From NCBI GenBank assembly GCA_964651815.1, contig CAZYWG010000005.1:27053-91052 (forward strand): DNA of 64,000 nucleotides, in the 5' to 3' direction. Below the pieces are notes generated by a model, which did not search any database, had not been told where the DNA came from, and worked only from the letters and a program-made list of their open reading frames with translations. Every line of letters begins with the position of its first letter. The first letter of the stretch is position 1. Source of the DNA: an uncultured Gammaproteobacteria bacterium (GTDB lineage Bacteria > Patescibacteriota > Microgenomatia > Levybacterales > GWA1-39-11). Below are positions 28,649-38,344 of the stretch, piece after piece. Both the position numbers and the translations under genes were made by a program.

Positions 28649-30327
28649 TCTTTAATTATATCAATAGTTTTAAAACTTATTAATGCAATAACTAGAATCG
28701 TTCCTAAGAAATATAGATATGATATCTTTTGCACTAACGTACTATCGAGCCATATATTAATTGAGTGATTTCCGGGGGGAATTCTAAGCAAAATTAACCC
28801 TTTCTCATTCATTACTTTTAGATTTTTACCATCTATTTTTGCACTCCAACCGGGAAAATAAGCTGTATTAACTCTTATAATAGATGTTGTATTTAGTATA
28901 GCTTTAAAAGTATATGACGATGTACGCTCAAATATCTCCTTAATATTTCCGTCTCCTGAAGTAATCTCAATTTTATGTTTTGCTTTTTTCGGAATCTGAA
29001 TTAACCACTTTGTGTTAAATACATTTCCTGGACTATTTGTTCCGTCTGTAAAATTAGACCTTGCAAGATAATAGGCATCGTTCCTCTTATGATAAAATGG
29101 TGCCTTTGCATAATTAAGGGTCAATCCCACAGAGATTATAATTAACAAAAGTGATACAAACGTTTGTAATTTTTTCTTTTTCATAAACAAATCGTTGCTA
29201 ACTAACGCTCCGGCAACAAATGAACAAATAAGTATTTCCAAACTTAAAAGCCTCCAAGGAAATTGAAAGTAGTTAATTAGTGGGACATTGCGCCAAAACC
29301 AAAAAGAATATGGAGTCATAAGGAAAAAAACAAAAATAAATAAAGCAATTAAGAACGCCAATAAAATTCTTTGTTTCTTAAGTTTAAACATGAGAAAGAA
29401 GGAGATTATTATCGCAAAAATGTTTACAATACCTATTTGAACTGACATTGGGTTCAACAGATCGTTAGGTGAAAGTCCAAACCCCCATGAAGGTATAATT
29501 AATTGATATATTTCTGAGAAATTATGAGTTATATCAAATATTTGCAGTCCCCCGACGTAACTTGTCTCTAATATTGCTGGTAACCAAAAAGGTGAAGCAA
29601 TTCCAAAACCAAGCGCAATAATTATTCCCAAATTTAGGATTCCATTTCTTTTATTTTCTAGTCGTGTAATGATAAACAACGCATATAAAACAAAGAACAA
29701 GAAAAAGATCAGAGCTAGGATGTTATGTGCCAAAATTAACAAACCCAAAGATAAACAAGACAGAATCATAAAACGTCGCTTTCCCGTTTCACAAAAAGTC
29801 ATGTAACTCCAAAGTAACGCGGGAAATATTCCAAGACTCATCACCTCCCCAACCGAACCTCTTACATAAACATCGACAAAGTGATATGGTGAAAAAGTAT
29901 AGAATGTTGCACATACTACACCACCTAATTCTCCCCAATATTTTCTTGACCATAGATAAAAAAAAATAGATCCGAAAATTGTTGTAATCGCCATATCCAA
30001 TTTAAAAGAATCTATAAATCCAAATCCAATTATGTGAAAAATGCAGGCCAAGTAGTTTGGCAGTGGATAATTATAGGAAAACAAAGGAATTCCAAACCCA
30101 TTGTTGAAGTCCGGAGCCCACCTGGGATATAAAATTCCGTCTGAAAGAACTTTGTAGAATTGTGTAAATCTTAAAACGTGGTATTCTCCATCATGAGTCG
30201 GCGGAATTCCATAATTATGCAAATTGAATACCGCAATAAAGGAAATAATTGTTACTGATGCAAGAAATTTATACTTTGTAAATAACGCCTTCATTATTAT
30301 TGAAAAGTTTTTTAAAGTTTTTATCAA
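28645..30327 (-). CDS. Family B polytopic membrane protein (YfhO-superfamily-like GT-C candidate), paralog B1.
   Basis: N-terminal motif THDGEYHVLRF...LYPRWAPDFNNGFGIPLFSYNYPLPNYL. C-terminal module YFPGWSAKIDGKNL...GLILLRIPPGNHSINIW followed by a TM anchor. The start is ambiguous (Met1 or Met12). Confidence 0.65.
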   Translation of the reverse strand: MIKTLKNFSIIMKALFTKYKFLASVTIISFIAVFNLHNYGIPPTHDGEYHVLRFTQFYKVLSDGILYPRWAPDFNNGFGIPLFSYNYPLPNYLACIFHIIGFGFIDSFKLDMAITTIFGSIFFYLWSRKYWGELGGVVCATFYTFSPYHFVDVYVRGSVGEVMSLGIFPALLWSYMTFCETGKRRFMILSCLSLGLLILAHNILALIFFLFFVLYALFIITRLENKRNGILNLGIIIALGFGIASPFWLPAILETSYVGGLQIFDITHNFSEIYQLIIPSWGFGLSPNDLLNPMSVQIGIVNIFAIIISFFLMFKLKKQRILLAFLIALFIFVFFLMTPYSFWFWRNVPLINYFQFPWRLLSLEILICSFVAGALVSNDLFMKKKKLQTFVSLLLIIISVGLTLNYAKAPFYHKRNDAYYLARSNFTDGTNSPGNVFNTKWLIQIPKKAKHKIEITSGDGNIKEIFERTSSYTFKAILNTTSIIRVNTAYFPGWSAKIDGKNLKVMNEKGLILLRIPPGNHSINIWLDSTLVQKISYLYFLGTILVIALISFKTIDIIKE

Positions 30328-32104
30328 GGAACTTTAAATTGGCTAGCGATTCATTTTTAGCAAAATTGTTTTTATAAATTATAATATATTTTACGTTTTG
30401 TGATTTTAGGATATTTAATATTTCTAGTTTATTTTTCCCCGCTAAAATCTCTTCCCTCTGTTTGATTCTTTCATTCGGGTCTCCCCCAGACGTGAATATT
30501 ACGTGTTCTATCCCAAGAAACGTTTTTTTCCCAACTATTGATGCCGGATCATAAATATCTCCATTAGTTATGCTGAGCTCTTCCGGTTTTATATGTTTGT
30601 CCATCCAGCTCCCAATTGCCGTGTATTTGTAATCTTGGATTCGCGCATAAACATCATTTTTCACAACTAGTAAATGAAGTGCACCTGATAAACTAATTAA
30701 AACAATAAAGACTGCAGCCATTATTTTGTTAAACATTGCCCCTTTTATTAACTTGTAAATACCCCAGGCGACAAACATATCAAAGCAGATTATCCACACA
30801 TTAAAAAACTTATGGTTATCAAAAATATCTTTTGCGAATTGAAATGAACAAGCAAGAATGAAAAGAACTGAAAAACAATAAAACATCTTTTTTTGAAAAG
30901 TATTTGAGCTGAAAAAGGATATGACAAAAACAGGAGGCGCGAACCCCAAATTCCATATCCAAAACATAATAAATCTTGTAATCGATAGGTTATCCGCAAC
31001 AAGAAATCCGGGTCTTAGTAAAATCGAATTGCTAGAAGTAAGTCTTATCAATAAAAATTGTGGTCCTGCTACAAAAATCGCACCTAAGATTGTTGGTATA
31101 ATATTTTTCCTAAATTCTTTAAAAAGTATCGCAATGAGCAAGAGCACCAAGATGATACATAAAATTATTGACTCATGCCAAAAAACAAAAAGTCCGATCA
31201 ATATGCCTAAAAAAATCTGATGGCGCCTGAATAACTCAGTTGATTTAGAAATCGATATCAGGATAATAAAAAAACAAAAAGCGAGCGCAAATATAATGTG
31301 TCTTTGATTAAGAAGCACATTGACATTCAAAAAATATCTATCTATTAACACTCCAAAGAAATTAACTGCCGGATAGGAATTGTGATTATAAAGATTTTTA
31401 AGTGAAATACCCATTTTTTGAAATATCTCAATAAATGATAAGTCTCCATTAAAAATAAATAGAAAGATTGTAAGTGCGCCTACAAAACGATTTTTAAAAA
31501 TTTTGTTGGTAAACTCTATGACAGCCGACACAAGAGCTAAAAAGGAAAAAGAACTTATAAGATTAACTGCGTAGTCAATTCTAAGACCCAGATATTCTAG
31601 GATGCCGATATAAAAATCATGTATAAAATGATACATAAGATCCTTACCCCCAAAAAACGGGACTTCAGGAATGTAATTACCTCCGGTGGTTAACAATCTC
31701 GCAAAAGGAATATGTGTTCCAAAATCCCAGTAAATATTTGATTCGATCAAAAATATGTGTTTTGAAACTTCATATGACAATGATCTCTCAAAAACCCCAA
31801 AGGTTAGTAGAAAAAGAATTAAATACAAAACATGTACTTTAACTAGCGTTTGTTTTTTAATTACTTTAAATGCTTTTTTATATGTAAAAATGATATTTAA
31901 AACTGATACGACAAAATAAATTGTGAGAGAAAGAGATAAGTTTTTTGTAATTATTAAAAGTACAACAATTAATGAGATGCTAATAACAGATCCACAAATA
32001 AATGAAGTTGCAATAAATATTTTTTTGAAATTTTGAGGTAAAAAAAATATCGAGGCAACTAAACCATTGTAAATAATGGATAAAAGAAACAAAACCCAGT
32101 ACAT
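30269..32104 (-). CDS. Polytopic membrane protein with a C-terminal soluble domain; unclassified GT-C-like candidate.
   Basis: 611 aa. The N-terminal roughly 480 aa have many TM segments. The C-terminal roughly 130 aa are hydrophilic. Confidence 0.5.
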   Translation of the reverse strand: MYWVLFLLSIIYNGLVASIFFLPQNFKKIFIATSFICGSVISISLIVVLLIITKNLSLSLTIYFVVSVLNIIFTYKKAFKVIKKQTLVKVHVLYLILFLLTFGVFERSLSYEVSKHIFLIESNIYWDFGTHIPFARLLTTGGNYIPEVPFFGGKDLMYHFIHDFYIGILEYLGLRIDYAVNLISSFSFLALVSAVIEFTNKIFKNRFVGALTIFLFIFNGDLSFIEIFQKMGISLKNLYNHNSYPAVNFFGVLIDRYFLNVNVLLNQRHIIFALAFCFFIILISISKSTELFRRHQIFLGILIGLFVFWHESIILCIILVLLLIAILFKEFRKNIIPTILGAIFVAGPQFLLIRLTSSNSILLRPGFLVADNLSITRFIMFWIWNLGFAPPVFVISFFSSNTFQKKMFYCFSVLFILACSFQFAKDIFDNHKFFNVWIICFDMFVAWGIYKLIKGAMFNKIMAAVFIVLISLSGALHLLVVKNDVYARIQDYKYTAIGSWMDKHIKPEELSITNGDIYDPASIVGKKTFLGIEHVIFTSGGDPNERIKQREEILAGKNKLEILNILKSQNVKYIIIYKNNFAKNESLANLKFLDKNFKKLFNNNEGVIYKV

Positions 32105-33216
32105 TATAAAGTCAACTTCCTATTTTTAATCGTGTTGAAAATAATAAATAAAATCAATGGTATAAATGTTAAAAAATTTCGAATTACAGGAGTTGGCATT
32201 AAATATGTTCCTAAAAGCATATATGGAATGTATCGTAAAAGAAGCCCAAAAGTAAAAATTATTACATAAAGCCTGATAGTTTTATTTTGTACTAACGAGA
32301 CAAAAGGAATAATCCAAATTGCATACCATGTATAAAGTTCTTCCCTAATTGGCGATAGAATAAACACAAAAAACATCAGTAAAAAAGAATAAAAATAAAT
32401 AGTATTCCAGTTAACATCCTTTTTACTATTTTTTTTCCAAAAATAATATACATACACGGGAATTAAAAAAAGTGTCGCGTATTTTATCAATATAGAAGCC
32501 AGCAAAAACAATAAGGCAAACCCCGTTTTTTTACTTTTTAGTAAGTGGAGAGATAAAAGTGCAAAAAATATCATAACAACATCGTTGTGTCCATTAATGA
32601 ACGTTTCGATTAAAACCAATGGGCTTGTGGCAAAATATAATACAGAATACATACTTTTAGTGATCTTCCAAATTAAAAAAACAACTCCAAAAAAGAAAGA
32701 TGAAACCAAAATTTTAAATAGAACAATCGATAATAAGTAGTTCCCAAAAGATAAGTAGAACGGAATTGAAGTTAAAAAAATCCAAACTGGACCATATAAA
32801 GCAATTTTATTTGCAGCGCGAGTGAATAACAACATTGGGTCCCCAATAAATTCCACAGGCATTACAATGTATGGGTTTTCAAAATAATGAAACGCAACTT
32901 TCGCCGTGGCAATATAGTTAAATATGTCAAATGATAACGCGGCAGGATAAGCAAAAATCCCAAATAAAGGTAAAATTAAGTACTTTTTTATTCCGTCAAA
33001 TTTTACAGTATTTGAATAATTAAGAATTAAAATATAACAACAAAAGAATGCAGAAACGAATAGGAAAAAAATGACGGTTGTGAGTAAGCGATTTGTATAG
33101 GCAAAATCCGAAAAAATACTTTTTAAATAAATGACATTTGTATCAACAAATAGATAGCTAAATGCAGAAAATAGAATAAACAATAATGAATAAAGAAAAA
33201 CTATTTTTTTAATCAT
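32104..33216 (-). CDS. Polytopic membrane protein; possibly a GT87/DUF2029-like GT-C or a polymerase-like protein.
   Basis: 370 aa, hydrophobic throughout, with a charged cytoplasmic loop at WKKNSKKD. Confidence 0.45.
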   Translation of the reverse strand: MIKKIVFLYSLLFILFSAFSYLFVDTNVIYLKSIFSDFAYTNRLLTTVIFFLFVSAFFCCYILILNYSNTVKFDGIKKYLILPLFGIFAYPAALSFDIFNYIATAKVAFHYFENPYIVMPVEFIGDPMLLFTRAANKIALYGPVWIFLTSIPFYLSFGNYLLSIVLFKILVSSFFFGVVFLIWKITKSMYSVLYFATSPLVLIETFINGHNDVVMIFFALLSLHLLKSKKTGFALLFLLASILIKYATLFLIPVYVYYFWKKNSKKDVNWNTIYFYSFLLMFFVFILSPIREELYTWYAIWIIPFVSLVQNKTIRLYVIIFTFGLLLRYIPYMLLGTYLMPTPVIRNFLTFIPLILFIIFNTIKNRKLTL

Positions 33217-33228
33217 ATAGTTGCTTGA

Positions 33229-33759
33229 TTAATTAACAATTTCTTGACGAATTTTTATGGAGTTCAAGATTTCACCCGACAGATTTAGTTTTGTCCCTTC
33301 GGATTTTTCAGACTGCCAATAAAAATTGATTGGCGTAGAATTTTTAATTTTATTTAACTCCTCGATATGTTTTTCTGCAGCCTCCTTCAATATCTCTTCT
33401 TTATCCTTTACGTTCTTTCCGTCATGTAAAGCAGAGTCTAAATTTGGCTTTATTTTTTTAAAATATCCGTCCGATTTACGCAGCGCTTTTACTGCGAGTA
33501 GGTATTGTTTATAATCAAACAAAACTTTTGCTTCAACAAGATACTTGTCCGACTCTTTAAAGTCATAATTAAATTGTCCAAAGTCACCAAAATACCAATA
33601 TTTCATGAGTGTCTCTTTAACTAAATCAAGTTTATAGAAAATGCTACCCGGCATTGAGGATGGATATGGAAGAACGTAAGAAGATTCTGCAAAAACCGGT
33701 TGGCAAATAATGTACAGGATAAATAAAAGAAAAAGGGTAAAAAAAAATCGAGTTCTCAT
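33229..33759 (-). CDS. Secreted or membrane-anchored hypothetical protein (DUF5667-like N-terminal region; Lys/Glu-rich alpha-helical C-terminus).
   Basis: I moved the start to MRTRFFF (ATG at 33759-33757, giving an ATGA overlap with the galE stop). A signal-peptide-like region (FTLFLLFILYIICQPVFA) is followed by the YVLPYPSSMPGSIFYKL motif. Confidence 0.5.
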   Translation of the reverse strand: MRTRFFFTLFLLFILYIICQPVFAESSYVLPYPSSMPGSIFYKLDLVKETLMKYWYFGDFGQFNYDFKESDKYLVEAKVLFDYKQYLLAVKALRKSDGYFKKIKPNLDSALHDGKNVKDKEEILKEAAEKHIEELNKIKNSTPINFYWQSEKSEGTKLNLSGEILNSIKIRQEIVN

Positions 33760-34754
33760 TTTGAATTCTGAACTTTCAATTCTGAATTCTGGGAGTGCCA
33801 CTTCCATGCGCTTTGAATTATAGTTTCGAGGTCTGAATATTTTGGAATGAAGTTGAGCTCTTTTTTTATTTTTGATGGATCTGCGACCAACTGACCAGGA
33901 TCTCCACTACGTCTCGCTTTTTCTAAAATGTTTATTTTTTTACCACTTACTTTTTCAATTGCCGAGATAACTTGCCTATTTGAATAACTGAGACCCGTAC
34001 CAACATTATAAAAATAGCTCCCTGCAGCTTTACCAAGCATTTCTAAGGCCAGAATATGCGCTTCCACAAGATCAAGAACATGGATGTAGTCCCTAACACA
34101 CGTTCCATCGGGTGTATCGTAATCCGATCCAAACAAATTAAAATTAGAATTCGCTATTACCGCTTTAATAGCTAGCGGGATAATATGGGTCTCAGGAATA
34201 TGATTTTCCCCAAGACTCCCATCAAGCGCACCTCCGCACGCATTAAAATATCTAAGACAAGCAAATGCTATATGTGGGTTTTCCCTTTGTAAGTTTGCGA
34301 GAATTTTTTCTACTTTAAGCTTGCTCTCTCCGTATGGGCTGGTTGGGTTTTTAGGATGATCTTCAGGAATAGGTATTTTTATTGGATTGCCGTAAACTGC
34401 AGCGGTTGATGAAAAAATAAATTTTTCAACTCCTGCGGCAATCGCTGCTTTAAAAAGATTTTCAGAACCTACAACGTTATTTTGTTCATAAAGCTCGGGG
34501 ATCTTTGTTGACTCCTCAACTGAAATATATCCCGCAAAATGTAGGATTGATTCAAACTCATTGTGCTTAAATAAATCTTCGACACTATTCTTGTCTTTAA
34601 TATCAATTTGCTCAAATTTAGCGCTTTTGTCAAGGGCTTCTTTATATCCTCTTTCAAGGCTATCTAAAATAGTGATGTCATCCCCACGTTCAAGAAGCGC
34701 GCGCGCCATAAAACTCCCTATATAACCTGCTCCACCCGTAACTAGAATTTTCAC
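33756..34754 (-). CDS. galE: UDP-glucose 4-epimerase.
   Basis: VKILVTGGAGYIGSFMARALLERGDDITILD and YGESK, with overall GalE-like blocks. The likely true start is the GTG at 34754-34752, preceded by AAAGGAGAAAAGAA (Shine-Dalgarno). The GTGA overlaps the upstream stop. Confidence 0.8.
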   Translation of the reverse strand: MKILVTGGAGYIGSFMARALLERGDDITILDSLERGYKEALDKSAKFEQIDIKDKNSVEDLFKHNEFESILHFAGYISVEESTKIPELYEQNNVVGSENLFKAAIAAGVEKFIFSSTAAVYGNPIKIPIPEDHPKNPTSPYGESKLKVEKILANLQRENPHIAFACLRYFNACGGALDGSLGENHIPETHIIPLAIKAVIANSNFNLFGSDYDTPDGTCVRDYIHVLDLVEAHILALEMLGKAAGSYFYNVGTGLSYSNRQVISAIEKVSGKKINILEKARRSGDPGQLVADPSKIKKELNFIPKYSDLETIIQSAWKWHSQNSELKVQNSK

Positions 34755-35533
34755 TTCTTTTCTCCTTTCAAATATTTTATATAAGAAACAGGAAATCTCA
34801 AGGCAGAAAATAATGAAAATGTAAACCCTTGCCAAGAATCATAAAACCCCTTATGCCTCCCATAAGTTATTACAAACCATTGCGATGGCTTAAAGACCAA
34901 ATAACCCAATCCGTAGATTGTTTTTTTTAGGGAATTTTTGTCTTTCATGTCGTCTTTTATTTGTCCCGCAATTAAATCATTGTATCTGTTCCATTTTGCC
35001 AGATAAAACCCAAAGTTTTTATAAGGGTAATGTAACAAAGCATTTTTTAAATATCCCACTTTTCCTTCGACCTGCGCCTGTTCATGAACGTCATGCTGTG
35101 GAAGTTTTCCTTTTCCTCGTCTATAAAGCCTCAAAGTATAGTCTGGATATTGTCCACCTTTCATAAGAAACCGCCCAAGAAAAAAATTCTTCCTGGGAAT
35201 CCAAAACCCATTGTATTCAGAGCTTTCATTAATTTTTTCCTCAATCTCTTTTGCTAGTTCAGGAGGAACTACTTCATCCGCATCCATTTGCAAAACCCAT
35301 TCACTTTTTGCCATATCTATCGCCATTTGTTTGTTAATGTGAAAGTTTGGTTTATTTGTAGTAATTTTAACTTGGGCCTCGAATTGCATAGCAATTTCAA
35401 CGGTTTTATCTATTGAGGTGCCATCAACAATCACAATCTCGTCCGCAATATCTCTAACGGATTCAAGGCATCTTGCTAAATTTTCTTCTTCATTAAATGT
35501 GGCAAGAACAACTGATAGGATTTGTTTTTTCAT
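34751..35533 (-). CDS. GT2 family glycosyltransferase (paralog group with 52528..53283 and 59332..60267).
   Basis: LSVVLATFNEEENLARCLESVRDIADEIVIVDGTSIDKT, and a C-terminal LHYPYKNFGFYLAKWNRY block shared with the two paralogs. Confidence 0.8.
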   Translation of the reverse strand: MKKQILSVVLATFNEEENLARCLESVRDIADEIVIVDGTSIDKTVEIAMQFEAQVKITTNKPNFHINKQMAIDMAKSEWVLQMDADEVVPPELAKEIEEKINESSEYNGFWIPRKNFFLGRFLMKGGQYPDYTLRLYRRGKGKLPQHDVHEQAQVEGKVGYLKNALLHYPYKNFGFYLAKWNRYNDLIAGQIKDDMKDKNSLKKTIYGLGYLVFKPSQWFVITYGRHKGFYDSWQGFTFSLFSALRFPVSYIKYLKGEKK

Positions 35534-35560
35534 GGAATAATAATACCGTTTCTTGACTAA

Positions 35561-36844
35561 TTAGTAAACATCTTTACCCTTTTGACGCATGAAATAATAG
35601 TAAATATACGACTCGGGAACTCCAACTTGGAAGTCTATCTTTTGGTTAAAAGTGGCAGCATTTCTAGGTCTTGATTCTCTTTTATATAAACCTTCATCAG
35701 TATACGGTAAAAAATTTATAAAATTGAAAATACAATAGTATGAAAGTAAAATCGCTATTACTATCTTGGGTACTAAATTTTTGATTGACCAAACCGAATA
35801 AATAAGGTAAGCAATAATTAACAGAGCGATAAAACGGCTATTAGAAAAGTAGTAGTCACTCATTTCGCCAGAATATATTGTAAAAATTACCCATGGAACT
35901 AGAAAATAAAGCAGAATTAAGTACAAAAATTTAAACTTGGCAGGTTCTACAGTTTTTTTGAAGTAAACAATAATGAAGATGATTGGAAAAATTATTTTGA
36001 TTTTCTTGATCCAGTCAAATATTACATACGGGTCAAATTGGACAACCGAATCGCCAATTATTTGGATCATTCGTTTTAAATGAAACCCATGGGAGTAAGT
36101 ATTTAGATATATGATATTTGATCCGGAAGTTTTATTAGATAATGTGTAGGCAATGTTTGGTATAAGCCATATTAGAAAAAGAGGAATAGATATTAAACAA
36201 TATTTGATAGTTTCCAGTCTTCTTGGGAAAAAAGGTAAACAAAAAAAAATTATTATCGGGAAAAAAATTGCAGTAAAGTGAATATTGAACATAAAACCTA
36301 CTGCAATAGCAAGAAACATTATCTTCTTTACATCACCCATCATAACTCTGTAAATCAAGTAAAAAATTATGAGCGATATTGCTGGAATAAAGTCTACAGG
36401 CCACTGTATTCTATCGAAAATTATGGCAGGAAGAGCGAAAGTATTTATCAAAACAGCAATTAACGCTATTTCTTTGTTAAATAGTTTTTTTGAAAAAAAG
36501 TACAAAGTCCAAAAAGTAAATATACTTGTCAAGCCCGCAAATATCTCAGACGCCACAGGATTTAAATTTGTAAGTGCGTAGAATACGGAAATTAAGTAGT
36601 AATAAGCGGGTCCAATATATATTCCGCTATTGGTTTTTGCCACCATTCCTACCAAAGGAAACCTATGATTAACTAAAATGTTTTTCGCTGCCCAGGCATT
36701 ATCAACCTGATCATACCCAAACGGATTTTTTAAATCCATTTGATAAAACCTCAAGAAAAGCTCAAAAGCAAAGATTAAAAGAAGTGTTAGTAAAAACTTA
36801 TTTTTAAGAACCCACTTATTGTACTTCTTGAACTTTTTTCCCAT
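35561..36844 (-). CDS. Polytopic membrane protein; unclassified GT-C-like candidate.
   Basis: 427 aa. The first loop has FGYDQVDNAWAAKNIL, a D-x-x-D-like motif. Multiple TM segments. Confidence 0.5.
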   Translation of the reverse strand: MGKKFKKYNKWVLKNKFLLTLLLIFAFELFLRFYQMDLKNPFGYDQVDNAWAAKNILVNHRFPLVGMVAKTNSGIYIGPAYYYLISVFYALTNLNPVASEIFAGLTSIFTFWTLYFFSKKLFNKEIALIAVLINTFALPAIIFDRIQWPVDFIPAISLIIFYLIYRVMMGDVKKIMFLAIAVGFMFNIHFTAIFFPIIIFFCLPFFPRRLETIKYCLISIPLFLIWLIPNIAYTLSNKTSGSNIIYLNTYSHGFHLKRMIQIIGDSVVQFDPYVIFDWIKKIKIIFPIIFIIVYFKKTVEPAKFKFLYLILLYFLVPWVIFTIYSGEMSDYYFSNSRFIALLIIAYLIYSVWSIKNLVPKIVIAILLSYYCIFNFINFLPYTDEGLYKRESRPRNAATFNQKIDFQVGVPESYIYYYFMRQKGKDVY

Positions 36845-38343
36845 TAGTGGATTCTGGTTTGAACTATTATTCCGCTTGGAAATTTGCGTGTATTTACTAT
36901 TTTTCCGTCATTTGCACGGATTTTCAACCAATCCGTCACGCGCATGGGATATTGATTGTCCGGCTCTATAATAAAATATGCTAGATTTGCTTGTGATACA
37001 GGTTTGTAGTGATATTTGCGCGGACCATACCAATCAAATAAATACTTGTATGTAAAGTCATGCACAGGCGGGGTATAAACAACATATTTAAATTTTTTAT
37101 TTGAAGCCTCTTTGTAAATATAATCGATTACAGCTACTTGATTCCTATATACTGACGCGTCGCCAATAAAAACAGGCCTTGTCAAGCTTGTTACAAATGC
37201 TTCAGGATTAAAATTCAGAAAGAAAAGTATTACCAAAAAAATATATGGGAAAAAATATCTACCTACTTTTTTGGGAGGTATCAAATTCAAACTTATTGAA
37301 ACAATTAGTACATATATTATTGGTAGTCCAACTAAATAGTGCGGCCAAATCTCATGGCTGAAAAATACTGTTCCTATTAAAAAAGTGATGATGATGACCC
37401 CACAAAAGAGGATAATGTTTTTGACCAGCTTTGTGGCTTTTCTATAAAAATATATGATGACGCTTATTGATAATATTAAAAAAATTACACCAAGAAATTT
37501 ATACCCTGCGGAAACTGAAGACGAAAATTGATCGATAAAAATATTTATGCGATTTAATAAAATTTCTACGTAATTTGAGCTATGTGCTTCACCGTGAGAT
37601 AAAAAGTTGATCAACGCTTTAGTCATTAAAAAGTTGTGCCTTAATTCAAAAAAAATCCGAGGAGAGAAAATAATTAACGTTCCAACAATAAATGACATAA
37701 TCGATTTTAGCGGAATGCTTATTTTTTTAATTACCAAAATAGAAATTATAGTGCCGGTCATAAAAAGAGTACCAAATACAATTTCTATATCTATACATAA
37801 CGCCAGTAGGATACCTAAAAAAAGATAATTCCAATTTCTTTCCTTCCTATCCGTTGATACATTTGTTATTATCCAAATAATTAAGAGGACGAAAAAGGGC
37901 GCAATGTTTGGATTCCAAATTTGTGCCGATAAAGAAATCAAAGCTGGCGACACACTTACCAAGGCGGCAAATGATAATCCTAATGATTCTCCATTTATTT
38001 TTTTGCCAACCAGATAAGCCAAAACAATTGAAGCGATTCCAATGCTTGCCATAACAAAGGCTATTCCCTGCGGATTACCCCCAAAAATAACAAAGAACGG
38101 GAAAAGCAGAATATACCACCAAGGACCATAAAATATTCCCGGCAGCCCTGTTGTAGCCCCAATTAATGGTATCTTGTGTGTGAGTAGAATACTCCTTAGT
38201 GCGAGCATGTCACGGCCCACATCATAAGTGAACGCAAAAGAATTAGTAAAAACTCCAAAAAACCTAAGGTAAATACCAATTAGAATAATTCCGTAAAGAA
38301 TTGAAAGATTTCTTTTGAATAAATTCGAGAATTTAAATCCCAT
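36844..38343 (-). CDS. Polytopic membrane protein; unclassified GT-C-like candidate.
   Basis: 499 aa. The N-terminal roughly 380 aa are multi-TM. The C-terminal roughly 110 aa are a hydrophilic domain. Confidence 0.5.
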   Translation of the reverse strand: MGFKFSNLFKRNLSILYGIILIGIYLRFFGVFTNSFAFTYDVGRDMLALRSILLTHKIPLIGATTGLPGIFYGPWWYILLFPFFVIFGGNPQGIAFVMASIGIASIVLAYLVGKKINGESLGLSFAALVSVSPALISLSAQIWNPNIAPFFVLLIIWIITNVSTDRKERNWNYLFLGILLALCIDIEIVFGTLFMTGTIISILVIKKISIPLKSIMSFIVGTLIIFSPRIFFELRHNFLMTKALINFLSHGEAHSSNYVEILLNRINIFIDQFSSSVSAGYKFLGVIFLILSISVIIYFYRKATKLVKNIILFCGVIIITFLIGTVFFSHEIWPHYLVGLPIIYVLIVSISLNLIPPKKVGRYFFPYIFLVILFFLNFNPEAFVTSLTRPVFIGDASVYRNQVAVIDYIYKEASNKKFKYVVYTPPVHDFTYKYLFDWYGPRKYHYKPVSQANLAYFIIEPDNQYPMRVTDWLKIRANDGKIVNTRKFPSGIIVQTRIH

Positions 38344-38344
38344 T

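Noticed and set aside
33764-33791. A short tandem-like repeat, AATTCTGA, occurring three times near the galE/secreted-protein junction.
   Set aside because: It lies inside the C-terminal coding region of galE, where it encodes the low-complexity tail ...SQNSELKVQNSK. It is too short and too irregular to be a CRISPR array or a regulatory repeat.
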